DNA of 64,000 nucleotides from Paraphysomonas bandaiensis. Taxonomy: Eukaryota; Protista; Chrysophyceae. Positions 1 through 11,335 of the stretch are shown here, one piece after another; positions within the stretch are counted from its first letter, which is position 1, and each line of letters starts with the position of its first letter. The translations under genes and the position numbers were made by a program. The notes below the pieces were generated by a model. It had not been told where the DNA came from. It made no database searches and was given only the letters and a program-made list of their open reading frames with translations. Where the stretch lies: positions 248,001 to 312,000 of the forward strand of contig CBFFRP010000150.1 in NCBI GenBank assembly GCA_965644295.1, written 5' to 3'.

Positions 1-138
1 GACACATCACCATGTCCATGTACCTGTCTACCTGTACTGTTGGACACATCACCATGTCCATGTACCTGTCTACCTGTACTGTTGGACACATCACCATGTC
101 CATGTACCTGTCTACCTGTACTGTTGGACACATCACCA
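1..138. repeat. 42-bp minisatellite, about 3.3 perfect copies (truncated by window start)
   Basis: Unit GACACATCACCATGTCCATGTACCTGTCTACCTGTACTGTTG starts at 1, 43, 85 and 127 (partial). Confidence 0.95.
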
Positions 139-1097
139 GCTCTCTCTCTCTGTCCAACACACTCATAACACCACTGCAGTGTCATACACACACACAGTAC
201 ACTCTACCTCCTCCTAGAAAACCCCCAGACAAACCATCTCCCCTCCCTTCGTCTCTGATACCTTGCCGTCATCTTCCTTACACACACTCTCTATGCCTCA
301 GTCTGTACCCCCCTGCACCAACACAGACACTAACAAGAGCAGCTGAGGACGTCCGAGTGTCTCCTCCAGACCATCATCATCATCACGATCATCTCGTGCA
401 TAGGTCTATCAGAGTACTCGACCTCAGTGACTCTTGTTCTGTTGCGCAGTCTCACTCTCCTCAATCAGATGTTGCCTCTCTTGCACCATCACACTCCCTC
501 TCGACTCCCTGTAGCTGGACACACCGGATGACCCTCACATCCCACCCCTGTACAGCTATACACCCTCTTGCATGTGTTCTCTACCGCTGGCTAAGACAGC
601 AAAAGAGCCGATTTCGACGCTTCTTCACAGTAGGCCATAACCTTTTGCAAGACCTTCATCCACATACCTCCGAGCCACTTGGAACAATGCCTAAAGGAAG
701 GCCACCAGATCGCCAATCTCAGAAGGGCATATTACTGTTTCCCCTAACTGCCATAAGGCTAATAAGTCAGTCCCCGTGAGGTACATAAGGCTATCTATCA
801 TATAGCGAGTGGAGTCTCATCCCAAGAGGAGACCTCCAGATCACACGCGCCGGTGAGTCCCAGGACACACGATCATGGCGAGCCTCATAACACACACTAA
901 GAACGGAAGTGGTTGCACCTTGGTGCTTGCGGCGACGCACAAGCAGCTTCTGTAGCGTTAAATAGTAGGATAAAAGAGTTTGTATTGATTAGTTACGGGT
1001 AGTAGTCTAACTAGTATGACTAGCATTCTTCTAGCCACTAATTGGTGCAGGCTTTCAACGCCTATTGCTAAATAATCAGACATTCAATATATATATG
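139..1097 (+). mobile_element. Retroelement-like 3' fragment (family 1, 'xRPPD' ORF end plus shared ~200-nt tail ending in (TA)n)
   Basis: 818-856 reads HPKRRPPDHTRR*, homologous to YPKGRPPDNTRQ* at the end of ORF 9098-9772. Tail 899-1097 is closely similar to 9813-10008 and ends ...AATAATCAGACATTCAATATATAT. 5' limit uncertain; no RT domain visible. Confidence 0.6.
903..953 (+). ncRNA. Structured RNA motif (three-way junction), copy A
   Basis: P1 ACGGAAG/CTTCTGT, P2 GCAC-CTTG-GTGC, P3 TGCG-GCGA-CGCA. Covariation with 7 other copies in the window. Confidence 0.6.
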
Positions 1098-1479
1098 ACT
1101 AAAGTACATTGTCATTGAATATACATTTATTTCCTTATTTACTTGTAAAGTGCTATGCTATTTGCTACTTCACCCCTCGTAAAGAAATTAAGGTTTCATA
1201 ATTTACGTTATTTTCCTGCTTCTCAGATTTTTGTGAAGAGCGGTATGCTTAATTTGTCAAAGAGAGAGCCAACTATCGAAAGCAAGTTAATAGTGTAAGC
1301 GTGTAAGCTATAGTGAAGGGAAAGGGGAGAGTTTATTGTTTTCTTCAGCTGCCGTTATATCGTTGAACTGAGAATTTTGTCTATCTTCGTTCAGAGTAGG
1401 AAGTAGTATGTGGTATGTGGCAGCTTGATGTTTCGATAAAAGTATATACAGTGATGTAGATCTTCTTATTAATTTTTAG

Positions 1480-1530
1480 TTCTGACTCTTACACGCCTAT
1501 TGCTAATAATCAGACATCGTAATATATACA
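1480..1530 (+). mobile_element. Severely 5'-truncated copy of the shared 3' tail
   Basis: TTCTGACTCTTACACGCCTATTGCTAATAATCAGACAT matches the tail end at 41002-41045 and 1057-1088. Confidence 0.65.
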
Positions 1531-1886
1531 ACACTTCTGCAATACCTTTTGTATGATGACTCTATCCTCTATCCTAAATGAACTGGGTTGAATGGTCTGA
1601 TTAGGTGAAATTTCGATACTAATATGGTGTGATAATATAGCTGGTGTGGTAATATAAGTGTATATTGTAATCCAGGTAAGTTCGACTGGTAAATGTAATA
1701 AAAGACTGTGGAGTTATAACAGATATGACAATTAAATATATTTACTTTTTAGTGCGACATCAACGTAACAGATGGCCACGCAATCACTGTAAACATACAC
1801 CAGGGTCACGAATGCTAACGCATAGATATATACTATGGTGTGCAAGAACCATACGTGTCATTCTGATTGAAGTAGCCTGAAGTTGC

Positions 1887-3236
1887 TTACGGACTAGAAC
1901 TAGCGGCGGCCTTAACGTGTTTAGGTTTCTGTCCCTTCTTCAAGGCCTCCATATCTTCCTTAAACTTCGAAGTGCCCATCAGAGCTTGCTCAATAGATGC
2001 AGAGCACGCCTCCATATTATGCTCGTCGCAATTATTTTGAGTAGGGTCAGTTGGAACTTCCAAAGCATTTCCCTTAGCGAGAAGAGCAAGGGTGCGCAGA
2101 ATAGGGGTATCCAATATAAAGCGCCCAACCGGCTTGTCCTGGTAGAAAGATCTGCTAAAGGTGAAAGGATTTCCAAAGAGGTCAACCAAAAAGTAAGCGA
2201 ATGGGTTGTTCACAATCATGGACTGGGGAAACATGAGACGATTGGCAGCACCAAGACTCCAGCCCTCAAAGTTACGCACTTCGTGCCACATGTACGAGGG
2301 GTTGAACATGACATCACCGGGGCCAAGTACCACTTCTGCCTTTGGAACATAACTAGGTAGGCGACGGGCAAAACCAGCAGGGACGTGCTTAGAGAATACA
2401 CCAAGTACGTAGGGAGACCACTTCGGCTCAACAAACCACCACTGCTTCCGACCACTGTACTGGAAGAATAGGTTTGCTGGCATTGCGCAGTGAAGACTAG
2501 TTCCAGTGGTGTCATCCGAGAGCTGAGGGTTACCCTTCCCAAAACCCATAAACCAATTTACAACTAAAGGATTGAATGGTTTGCCACCTTTCCAGTTTTT
2601 GAAAATTCGAGACACCTCCATGTGCTCCATAATTTCAGGATTGCGGCGAACAAATTCATCAACGTTTTGGAGATACACGTCTTTCCCGGCCAACATATCA
2701 TAGATAGCATCACCAAGCTTTACTTCCTTGGCAGAAAAAGTTCCCGTGTCATCAGTGGCGCCATACTGGCTGGCTCGCTGTGCTGCTTCTCTTTGCTTGC
2801 TCACTAGGGGGTTACGAACGGATAGGAGAGAGGTATTCCCATAACGTTCGGCAAAGTACTCAGGGTGAGACCAGGCTTCCAAACGAGAAATATTCTTTCC
2901 CATTCCACGGAAAATTACAGGATACAAAAAGTTTTTGCTCAGGACCTGCAACTTTTCGTAGCTAAAGTCATCAGGAGTCCAATCCTCTACGATCGTTAAA
3001 TCCCAAGTTAGGGGCTCAGGAATAAGCTGTGTAGCAGCCCAATCCACATAATTCACATAATTTGTAAATAATTCACTTCCTGGTTGTGATTGTGTGATGA
3101 AAACTGCTCCCAGATATAACCAAGCTGGAATAGATATGATACCGTTCCAACCCATCCATGCACACCATGGGATGATCAGTAACGTTGCAATCAGTAAGAA
3201 TTTCTTACACGCTCCCCCACTAGTATTCTTTCCCAT
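1887..3236 (-). CDS. JmjC/cupin-like (Cupin_8) 2-oxoglutarate oxygenase with N-terminal hydrophobic anchor, 449 aa, single exon
   Basis: TGTSLHC, NLFFQYSGRKQWWFV, LGPGDVMFNPSYMWHEVRN match the JmjC pattern. Confidence 0.85.
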   Translation of the reverse strand: MGKNTSGGACKKFLLIATLLIIPWCAWMGWNGIISIPAWLYLGAVFITQSQPGSELFTNYVNYVDWAATQLIPEPLTWDLTIVEDWTPDDFSYEKLQVLSKNFLYPVIFRGMGKNISRLEAWSHPEYFAERYGNTSLLSVRNPLVSKQREAAQRASQYGATDDTGTFSAKEVKLGDAIYDMLAGKDVYLQNVDEFVRRNPEIMEHMEVSRIFKNWKGGKPFNPLVVNWFMGFGKGNPQLSDDTTGTSLHCAMPANLFFQYSGRKQWWFVEPKWSPYVLGVFSKHVPAGFARRLPSYVPKAEVVLGPGDVMFNPSYMWHEVRNFEGWSLGAANRLMFPQSMIVNNPFAYFLVDLFGNPFTFSRSFYQDKPVGRFILDTPILRTLALLAKGNALEVPTDPTQNNCDEHNMEACSASIEQALMGTSKFKEDMEALKKGQKPKHVKAAASSSP

Positions 3237-3945
3237 TCTATGAATTTGTTATAAAACAATTGCTAAGGATATATACACTTATCCTAATAGATATATATGT
3301 CTATATATATGTATATCCATCGCAATGGTGTGTATATCCATATGGTGTATTGCAGTTATCTTCAACTGCCATCTGCGAACCATCCATATCCATATCGCAC
3401 TTTCCGGTACCCATCTATTGTATTCTCCTGTATATATATGTATTCCATGTAATACCCATCTAGATTCCATACTTTAGATATGGGACATATACACGTGTGT
3501 AGATACAAGACCTTCTAGATGTATTGATGTACATGTACGCCAAGCGTACAGCTATACACATACGATCCTATATACCTCATACGCATTCATCATCACATCA
3601 AGCTCTCTCATTGGCTAAAACATCTGGACACTGCCCCATACATACACATACACATACACATACAGCGTGATCTCATGCATAGAGCACACACACACTGACT
3701 CTAGATGTCTATATATATACCCATAACCACAATCTGATTAATATAAACAACTGTCTTATTGTGAAGTTCGACAGGATTACGACTAACTTTTTTATTTGAT
3801 AGTCTGTATAATTAGTTTGCGTTGTTATTATTAATTTACCCAGTTAGAACTCGTTCACTCCATCCTATTCGTGTGATTGGCTGATACATACAACATCGGT
3901 GCTATCGTGTGATAATAACACCTGTGCTGTATATAACAATCGAAT

Positions 3946-4434
3946 ATGACGGATTCAAACGGTACTGTATGTCCGAAATTGGATAATGCAGTCTTTAACT
4001 CGTATTGCCACACCGCTGACCTTTGTATGGGATGATTTTGGGGGCCGGACGCCGAGTTCTCAGCAATGATCGGCGTCATTGACGTGGTAGTGGGGTACAC
4101 AGGTGGTAAAGCTGCAGATCCTGTATATAAATCAATGAAAGACCACTCGGAAGCTGTACGAGTGTCTTTTGATCCTGGAGTTGTCGATTATGAAGAAATT
4201 CTCGAGGCGTACTTTGAGCAGCTTGGCAGCAAAATATATAGACCCTCCGCTCGTAGGCAATATAGAAGTGCTATTATGGTTCACACAATAGATCAGCGCT
4301 ACATGGCTGAAAATTTTTTGAGAGATCTGAAGTTGTTATCCGGTCGTGAAATATATGTGGATATTGAAAACGCCACAGATTTCTATCGCGCAGAGGAGTA
4401 TCATCAGAAATATTTCGCCAAGCAGTCGCGTTAG
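3946..4434 (+). CDS. msrA: Selenocysteine-containing peptide methionine sulfoxide reductase A (Sec at TGA 4033-4035), 162 aa
   Basis: Open frame from ATG 3946: MTDSNGTVCPKLDNAVFNSYCHTADLCMG-U-FWGPDAEF..GYTGG..HSEAV..QYRSAI..FYRAEEYHQKY. TGA falls exactly on the Cys of the MsrA GCFWG motif; SECIS lies ~30 nt after the TAG stop. Confidence 0.92.
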
Positions 4435-4462
4435 TCTACATAAGAATTATTGGCCAGCAGGT

Positions 4463-4520
4463 TTTATACTGAATGACGGTCATGTGCTTCATTCGAAGTG
4501 TATGACCCGAGAAGTATGAA
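4463..4520 (+). promoter_or_regulatory. Eukaryotic SECIS element in the msrA 3' UTR
   Basis: Helix I TTTATACT(4463-70)/AGTATGAA(4513-20); core ATGAC(4473-77)/CGAG(4508-11); 13-bp helix II GGTCATGTGCTTC/GAAGTGTATGACC; loop ATTC. Confidence 0.85.
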
Positions 4521-4847
4521 TCGTGTTGCCGAAATCCTGTGTACCTGGTGTTAACTATTGTATAAACTTACAAGTTTATTAAGTATGTGCGGATTAATAA
4601 ATTATAGAACTTTTTATCTTTTTAAGACTAGAAATAAATTTACGTCAATCGACAATTCGGCCAGGACATAATCACTTGAATGTATCACTAACAGGAAAGC
4701 AACAGGTTCCCTCTTCCGAGTGCATTTTCTATTACGATGTTTGAAAGTATATAGCTTACTATGAATTACAGGTACAGTTACAATATTGAGTCGGAGGTTT
4801 CAAGAAGGCAATCTCTTACCCAACTTAAAATATGTTTAAATATATTA

Positions 4848-6326
4848 TTATAATCTCGTCAATACCATGCACACTGTATAGAAAGTAAAGAAGGCAACCA
4901 TAAGCATAATAGGTTCTGCTATCATTCTGGAGCGTCTAAATTCATAGGATACTCTGATCTCCTTGTTATGTTCCTCGATAATGTTTTTCGCTTTTATAAT
5001 AAGCACTGGACGACCTCCGTTCAATTCTGAATCCAGAAACGTATATCTGGAAGATCGTTAAAAACATGCATCAACTATCTCAATAGTCAGTACCTTATGC
5101 TGGTCGACTGCTCAATGGGGTACGGTGAATCAACTCTAATATCGAAGCTACCCTCCGGCAGAATGATTTTTGTTTCCATATCCTCTGCCCACGCCCCTTC
5201 AAACCCTGCGAAGAAGCTAAAACGTAGGATATACCGACCATTTGCATCAATTGCGAGGATGCTTTCAGTCGGCAAAGAGTATCCGATGTAGAACTCGGTC
5301 TGCCAGCCTCCAAACATTGGGAAGCGCGTCTCGATGTCAAGCGCAATACTTGATTTAAGAGTTTGGATGCTTGAGCTTGAGATGTTACCTATCTGATCCC
5401 TACGCAGTGCTTAAACGAGGGGTTGGCAGCAACTGGTGTTCTCACCTATAGTATATACTGTGCGCCTCGCGCGGAAGCTTCGTACGCAATGACCGGAAGG
5501 ATGGAGAGACAGATGACGCATGTTGATAATCAAACCGAGAGAAGCCTCCACTGAGCTTAGCTCCTGCATGTGTGAGGTCATATGTCTCCTCCACAGCAAC
5601 GTTCCCCCAGTGCGACACTTCGATCTCTCGACCCACTTCTGTTAGCTTCATAAAAGGCTTGTTGTTCATATAGTGAACTGTAAGAGGAAAATTCTACGCA
5701 AATACTATGAATAATAGTATCGTCTGCTTTAGACACAATACCTGTAAGGGTCCAATTTCCTGAAAGGGACCATATACGAGACTTGATCCTCTGTGCGAAT
5801 AGGGTTCAGCTTTGGTAAACGACTCGACCGACGCACTCGCAAGCTTCACGATAGTTTTTTGTTTCTCCGTATGATAAGGAGATGTAAAATAAACATTTTC
5901 CTTGAACAAAACCTTTTGATTATCATTCTGGGAAATTTCTCTGGGGTACTGTTCGAGAATGTCAGTAAATATAGCCACAAATTTAAATATAGCTTCAGTC
6001 TCATTTAGTGTCAGAGTAAAGAACGTGTAGTGCCCATCCCTAACAACTTGTAAGATTAAACATTAATATATTATCAAAGATTACGTTTGTGGTTCAGATA
6101 GAGGAATTTCCTGGCCTTTCATGGACGCTGTCAACATACTTAAGCGGTATGCAAGACGATCAGGAAAACATATCTTATATTCATCTTTAATATTCTTTGC
6201 TTTAATATCTACAGTCATTTTAAGCATTGCATTTGAAACATCTAGATGTCTTTGAACATCACTATTAATAGATGCTCTAGCAGCTACTAATATAATAGAG
6301 ATGTACAACAAATACAAGAATATCAT
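4848..6326 (-). CDS. RPN1: Ribophorin I / oligosaccharyltransferase subunit 1, 5 exons (6326-6085, 6039-5742, 5693-5446, 5399-5094, 5046-4848)
   Basis: REIEVSHWGNVAVEE, GFSRFDYQ, YYRDQIGNISSS, RFPMFGGWQTEF, YTFLD..GRPV, signal peptide and C-terminal TM. GT-AG introns of 45-48 nt join the frames. Confidence 0.93.
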
Positions 6327-6572
6327 ATGAATACAGTAGTAACTGATATTAAAATAAGTTAATTTCTGTTCTATATATGAACTATGATGTCTTGGGAAAA
6401 TGTATAGTTATGGGGATGACAGTTCAGTAGAGTTATCTTAGTTATGGATGCAGCAAGATGAGATCTAAAGCAAGAGCGGGATTGAATAATGAACCACACT
6501 GCTGCCGTATGAACAATAGAGGCAGACACATGTACTGGTCGATAATGTACTTCTGTACCTACATAGATACTG

Positions 6573-6776
6573 TACATACATACATACATACATACATACA
6601 TACATACATACATACATACATACATACATACATACATACATACATACATACATACATACATACATACATACATACATACATACATACATACATACATACA
6701 TACATACATACATACATACATACATACATACATACATACATACATACTGTACATACATACATACATACATACATAC
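6573..6776. repeat. (TACA)n microsatellite between divergent RPN1 and permease genes
   Basis: About 50 near-perfect tetramer units. Confidence 0.97.
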
Positions 6777-6848
6777 GTATCTTGGGGGTTCTTCGTATCA
6801 TGGTGTGTATCTCTGCTATCTATCTGTATATTCTTCCACAATCATACC

Positions 6849-8418
6849 ATGACTCTAATAGACCACAATACATCTACCACTTCAGTATCTGGCAATCAAC
6901 TTAAACGTACCCTTGGATTCTATGATGGTTTATGTGTTATAGTAAGTGTTATTATCGGTAGCGGTATATTTGCATCACCAGGAGCAGCTCTTGATAGAAG
7001 TGGTTCACCTGCATCAGCTATTATTGTATGGGCTATATCTGGTAGGGAAGATATGTATTCTCTGTATATTAGATTGATTTTTATATATAGGAGTGTTATC
7101 TATAGCTGCAGCATTATGTTATGCTGAATTGGGTGCAATGCTACCAACAACTGGAGGAGATTTTGTTTATTTACGTCGTGCTTATGGGAAAACAGCTGCT
7201 TTTTCTTTTGTATGGTTTAATTTTTGGGTTGCTCAACCGGGTTCACAGGCTATTATCGCCACAGTGTTTGGTAATTATATTGTAACACTCTTCACTGGAT
7301 TGGATCAGACAACATCGAATTCGACTCCAAGTAAGGCTGCTGCTGTGCTAATTATTGCAGTTCTTGTTGGAGTTAACTGTGGCGGTGTGCGGGAATCGTC
7401 AATGCTTAACAAAACCCTTACCGCTGCCAAGGTAGTTATGCTCTTGTGTGTAATTGCCGCGGGTGTTGTGTATGGATGTAGCCATGGATCTACAGCAAGG
7501 TATGTGTATGCGATTATGTTACAACTCTTCCAATATTTATATGAAAGGAATAATTTGTCGCCATCAACGTCGTTTGATGATACTGATGCTTCCGGATTTG
7601 GTCCCGCTATGAATGCATGCCTCTGGGCTTATAGTGGGTGGCAGTCGCTCAACTTTTTAGCGGAAGAGGTGATTGACTTTGAGCGACGCTTATCTCGAAT
7701 AATTATATTTGGTATGGCGATCGTCACCTCACTTTATGTCATGGCAAACATTGCTTTTCTTTCGGTTCTAGATTCTGAATCCATGACGGACTCCGACGCT
7801 ATAGCGATAGATTTCGGTAAGATGATATCGGGAAGTGCATTTGGTGGTTTCTTTGCTTTAGGCGTAGCGCTGTCCACCGCAGGCACTCTCCATGGATCGA
7901 TACTTGTAGGATCTCGAGCTCTATTTGCAGCTGCAAGGGCTGGGCAGCTTCATAGTGCTCTCGCTGAACTCAACTCTTTTGGGTCTCCGTGGGTTGCTCT
8001 CTTAATCCAAGGCATCTGGTCAATTGTTCTTGTGTTGCTACCGGGCTCTGACTTTTCCTCGCTCATAGATTATACTGGCCCCGCTACTTGGTTGTATTAC
8101 GCCTTTACAGGTAGTACCATATTTTACTTCCGGCTCTATGAAAAAGACTTGCACCGCCCTTACTCACTTCCCTGGTTTCCTTTCCCACCTGTCCTTCTGA
8201 TTGTGCTCTCCGCTTTCGTAGTCATCAGTAGCCTCATTAGAGAACCTTTGTATTGTGGCCTTGCATTTGTTTTTGTTGCTACATCTGTTCCCGTCTGGTG
8301 GTTACTTTCGAGATATGATGTCAAGGGATTAACAGCTGACAAGATTGAAGCTCCCATTACATGTGAGCATGAAGCACCAGTTGCCAATGCTTTGAGACCC
8401 CCTGATGTAGAACTGTAG
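6849..8418 (+). CDS. APC-superfamily amino acid permease (LAT/SLC7-like), 3 exons (introns 7042-7090, 7500-7547)
   Basis: LKRTLG..IIGSGIFASP, ALCYAELGAMLPTTGGDFVYLRRAYG, WAYSGW, RPYSLP; multiple TM helices. Confidence 0.92.
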
Positions 8419-8730
8419 AGGATACTACAGCTCTTCTATGCTCGAAAATTTTAGCATCAGATAAAGTATTGTTGTCCTGGTATTTGTTGAGTAGAAGTGC
8501 GTTATCATCGCTATATATGTTACCACATATATAATACGCTCTATATGCAAATTCTGTCATTGTTGATATGTATGTAACGGTAGTTGCTTGTGCTATTGCA
8601 ATGAAACATTATACGAAGAAATAATGTGTATATTTATATCTGCATGTATTGTCGTGTGACATGTACCATGGGTTGTATTGCGTTTTAATAGTGAAGTTCA
8701 GGAATTTTGAATAATAATTGATATGATATT

Positions 8731-10140
8731 GAATGTCTTATTATTTGCAATAGGCGTTAAAAACCTGCACCAACTTAGTAGCTAGATGAATGCTAGACAA
8801 AAACTAGCTAGACCTCTACCTGTAACTAATCAGTACACACTTTTTTATCCTACTATTTAACGCTGCGGTAGCTGCTTGTGCGTCGCCGCAAGCACCAAGG
8901 TGCGACCACTTCCGCTCTGAGTCCTTAAGGTGAACATCCCGGATGCTTGACTTCAGCAGGCAGCCCAATACCCCTTGAGGTGGGCCCATTCCCGGATGCC
9001 TGTTTATTCGTCAGGGCCCAAAGACGTCTACACAAGTGACACTTATTGGTGCTAGGGGTCTGCATTTCACAGCCACAAAAACGCGCTCCTAGAAGAAATG
9101 AGAAATCCGGAACTACCCCAATGGACCACCACTGTACTCCAGCGACTCTCCAGCAGGGCCTGGAACCCTTCCGTGCCACAGGTGGAGAGATTCTGGACGG
9201 GTACCATCACAATGACACAGCTTGAAATGGTTTTTGGAGATCACATCCATGAATCACTGACGTCCCAAGGACTGCGCAGCATCGAATCAGCGATCATCAA
9301 ATTACTGCTACCGCTTTTCGCTGCAGCAAAGCTCATGATCCAAGATCGCGGAAGAAGATACGTGACCCTACGGAAAGGCCCCCCAAGGCTACTACCGCGG
9401 CCGAGTCCAAAACACAGACAGAAACGGAAACGCCCAAGGGTGCTAAGATTACTAGGAATCCACAGACGAACCGAGACTGGAACACCGCCCACCGCATCTA
9501 TGAACCCTACCAACTATACACAAAGGACCATAGCACCGGACCGTATGAAACCAACAAGCCCTAGACAAAGGCGACGACGTCTCCGGCAACCCCTCCTCTG
9601 CCCAACGCCCAAACGGTACATGGCGACACCGCCACATTCCACCACACCATCAACCTCTCAGTCCACGCATCTAGTGCTCGGTACACTCAGGACCTTAATA
9701 CAGAACCCGGTACCTCAGAGCCAGGCGGAACCGTATCCCAAGGGGAGACCCCCGGACAACACGCGCCAGTGAGTCCTCAGATACACGAGCAGGGCGAACT
9801 CACACACAACATCAAGAACGGAAGTGGTTGCACCTTGGTGCTTGCGGCGACGCACAAGCAGCTTCTGTAGCGTTAAATAGTAGGATAATAGAATTTGTGC
9901 TGATTAGTTATGGGTAGAGGCTTACTAGTAGACTAGTATTCAACTAGCCGCTATATCGGAACGAGTTTTTAACGCCTATTGCTAAATAAAAAGACATTCA
10001 ATATATATGTACCACACAAGCATTCGGTTATGAGTGGACAGAAGAATATCTGCTGACTATGTTTGCGGCTCACGTTAGTTTCCCAGAGAGAATCTCTCCG
10101 GTACTTATCCCCCAGAACACCACGACAAGGTGCGAGTCCG
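8731..10140 (-). mobile_element. Family-2 repeat with the shared 3' tail (8731-~9052 plus 10009-~10140), split by a nested family-1 insertion
   Basis: 8731-8925 is the reverse complement of the shared tail. 8925-9045 matches 11194-11312 and the reverse complement of 40777-40900. 10009-10135 matches the reverse complement of 40650-40776. Confidence 0.65.
9053..10008 (+). mobile_element. Family-1 retroelement-like 3' fragment (ORF 9098-9772 ending PKGRPPDNTRQ, then shared tail and (TA)n)
   Basis: The 224-aa ORF end and tail are homologous to 818-1097. It sits in opposite orientation inside the family-2 copy. Confidence 0.65.
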
Positions 10141-10693
10141 ACTTTGTTGAGGGTATGATATGATGTGATATGATAATATGATATAAAAAGAGTGATATAT
10201 CATAGCTCTTATTAGCTACTCTTTACTGTACTATCGAAGCATCCCACCACGCATTCTACTATATTTCTTGTTCTCGATGTACTCACTGCTTCCCCCTCCT
10301 CCCTTGCTGCACGTTGTTGTGTGCGTACCCCAGAGAAAAACACTTCAGCCAGCATGTGGTACGTGGACAGCACGACAGCACTCATGACTCGTCAGCGCCT
10401 ATAGGTGACTCTTATACAACAATAATTACCGAAAAAAACCCTCGTATTCTACTGGTGTTCAATTATGTTTCCTCTTTCATGTTTGTTCTGCTACTGGCTA
10501 AGACGGTAAAACAACCAATTCCGTCGCTTCCCCACAGCAACTTGAGGCCACCATATTTTTCAAACTCAGAAGGGTATATTGCTATATTTCTGCATGTATG
10601 TACCCAGATTGTAGTAGTAGATTTATATCACTGCCTTTACTGCTGTACTGCTGTGCATCGTACCCTACGTGTATCTATTATGAATAATTTTGA

Positions 10694-10733
10694 GAGAATT
10701 GTACCTTGGTGCTTACGGCGACGCACAATTCTC
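10694..10733 (+). ncRNA. Diverged copy D of the three-way-junction motif
   Basis: GAGAATTG..CAATTCTC closing stem replaces GGAAG/CTTC; CTTG and GCGA loops are retained. Confidence 0.55.
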
Positions 10734-11030
10734 GTAACTTTAAACGGGATTTATTATTCAACCTAATAAATTTAGTGTAAAATCCTAGTCAATTGGTTAA
10801 AAAACCTAGTCATTTATTTATTAATATTTCATATTTTCAAATTGAAATGAGTAGGTTGATTAGTAGTGTAACTATAGAAGTTGACTCTAGTAGGTGTTTA
10901 TGGTATTGACCCTTATAATAGTCACAAACTCAAACATGGGAGCATGCTCTAGCCATCAATTAATAAAAGCAGATATTGTGTACATGCTATACATCACACT
11001 TCAGCTTTACATTCCATTGAGAATTAGTAG

Positions 11031-11335
11031 TGAAAGTCTTATTAGTTTCAATATAGGCGTGTAAGAGAGAGTCAATACTTAACTCTGATATCCTACTACT
11101 TAACGATACGAAACTTGCTTTGTGCGTCACCACAAGCACCAAGGTTCAACCACTTTCGCTTTCTATCACTCAAAGCAAACGCTAGTGAGCAAGAAGACAT
11201 CTGCTGAAGGCGAACAGCCCAGATGCTTGACTTCAGGAGGCAGCCCAATACCCCGGATGCTTGTTTATTTTGTCATGCATGGCCCAAAGACGTCTATACA
11301 AGTGGCACTTATCTGTGTCCCTTGTACCACACAAG
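11031..11335 (-). mobile_element. Family-2 repeat copy with shared tail (motif copy E at 11109-11158)
   Basis: Homologous to 8731-9050; continues to GTACCACACAAG as at 10009. Confidence 0.65.

Noticed and set aside
1-138. CRISPR-like array
   Set aside because: Perfect tandem units with no spacers; eukaryotic context; no cas genes.
921-945. GNRA hairpin with a 2-nt bulge resembling group II intron domain V
   Set aside because: Too short, no AGC/CGC triad in the right register and no domain VI; covariation favours the three-way junction.
3946-4434. msrA as a nonsense pseudogene
   Set aside because: The only stop is a TGA at the catalytic Cys position and a SECIS is present.
6371-6904. ORFs reading (MYVC)n / (HTYI)n, also at 55139-55816 and 18299-18831
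   Set aside because: Translations of (TACA)n and related microsatellites.
8945-9020. CTGACGA on the minus strand (also 40792 plus) as a hammerhead or HDV-like ribozyme core
   Set aside because: No correctly placed GAAA, stem III and UH site; the motif is lost in the 11270 copy; HDV P3/L3 cannot be formed.
8731-10008. DNA transposon or DIRS element with 200-bp inverted termini
   Set aside because: Better explained as one tail-bearing element nested antisense in another.
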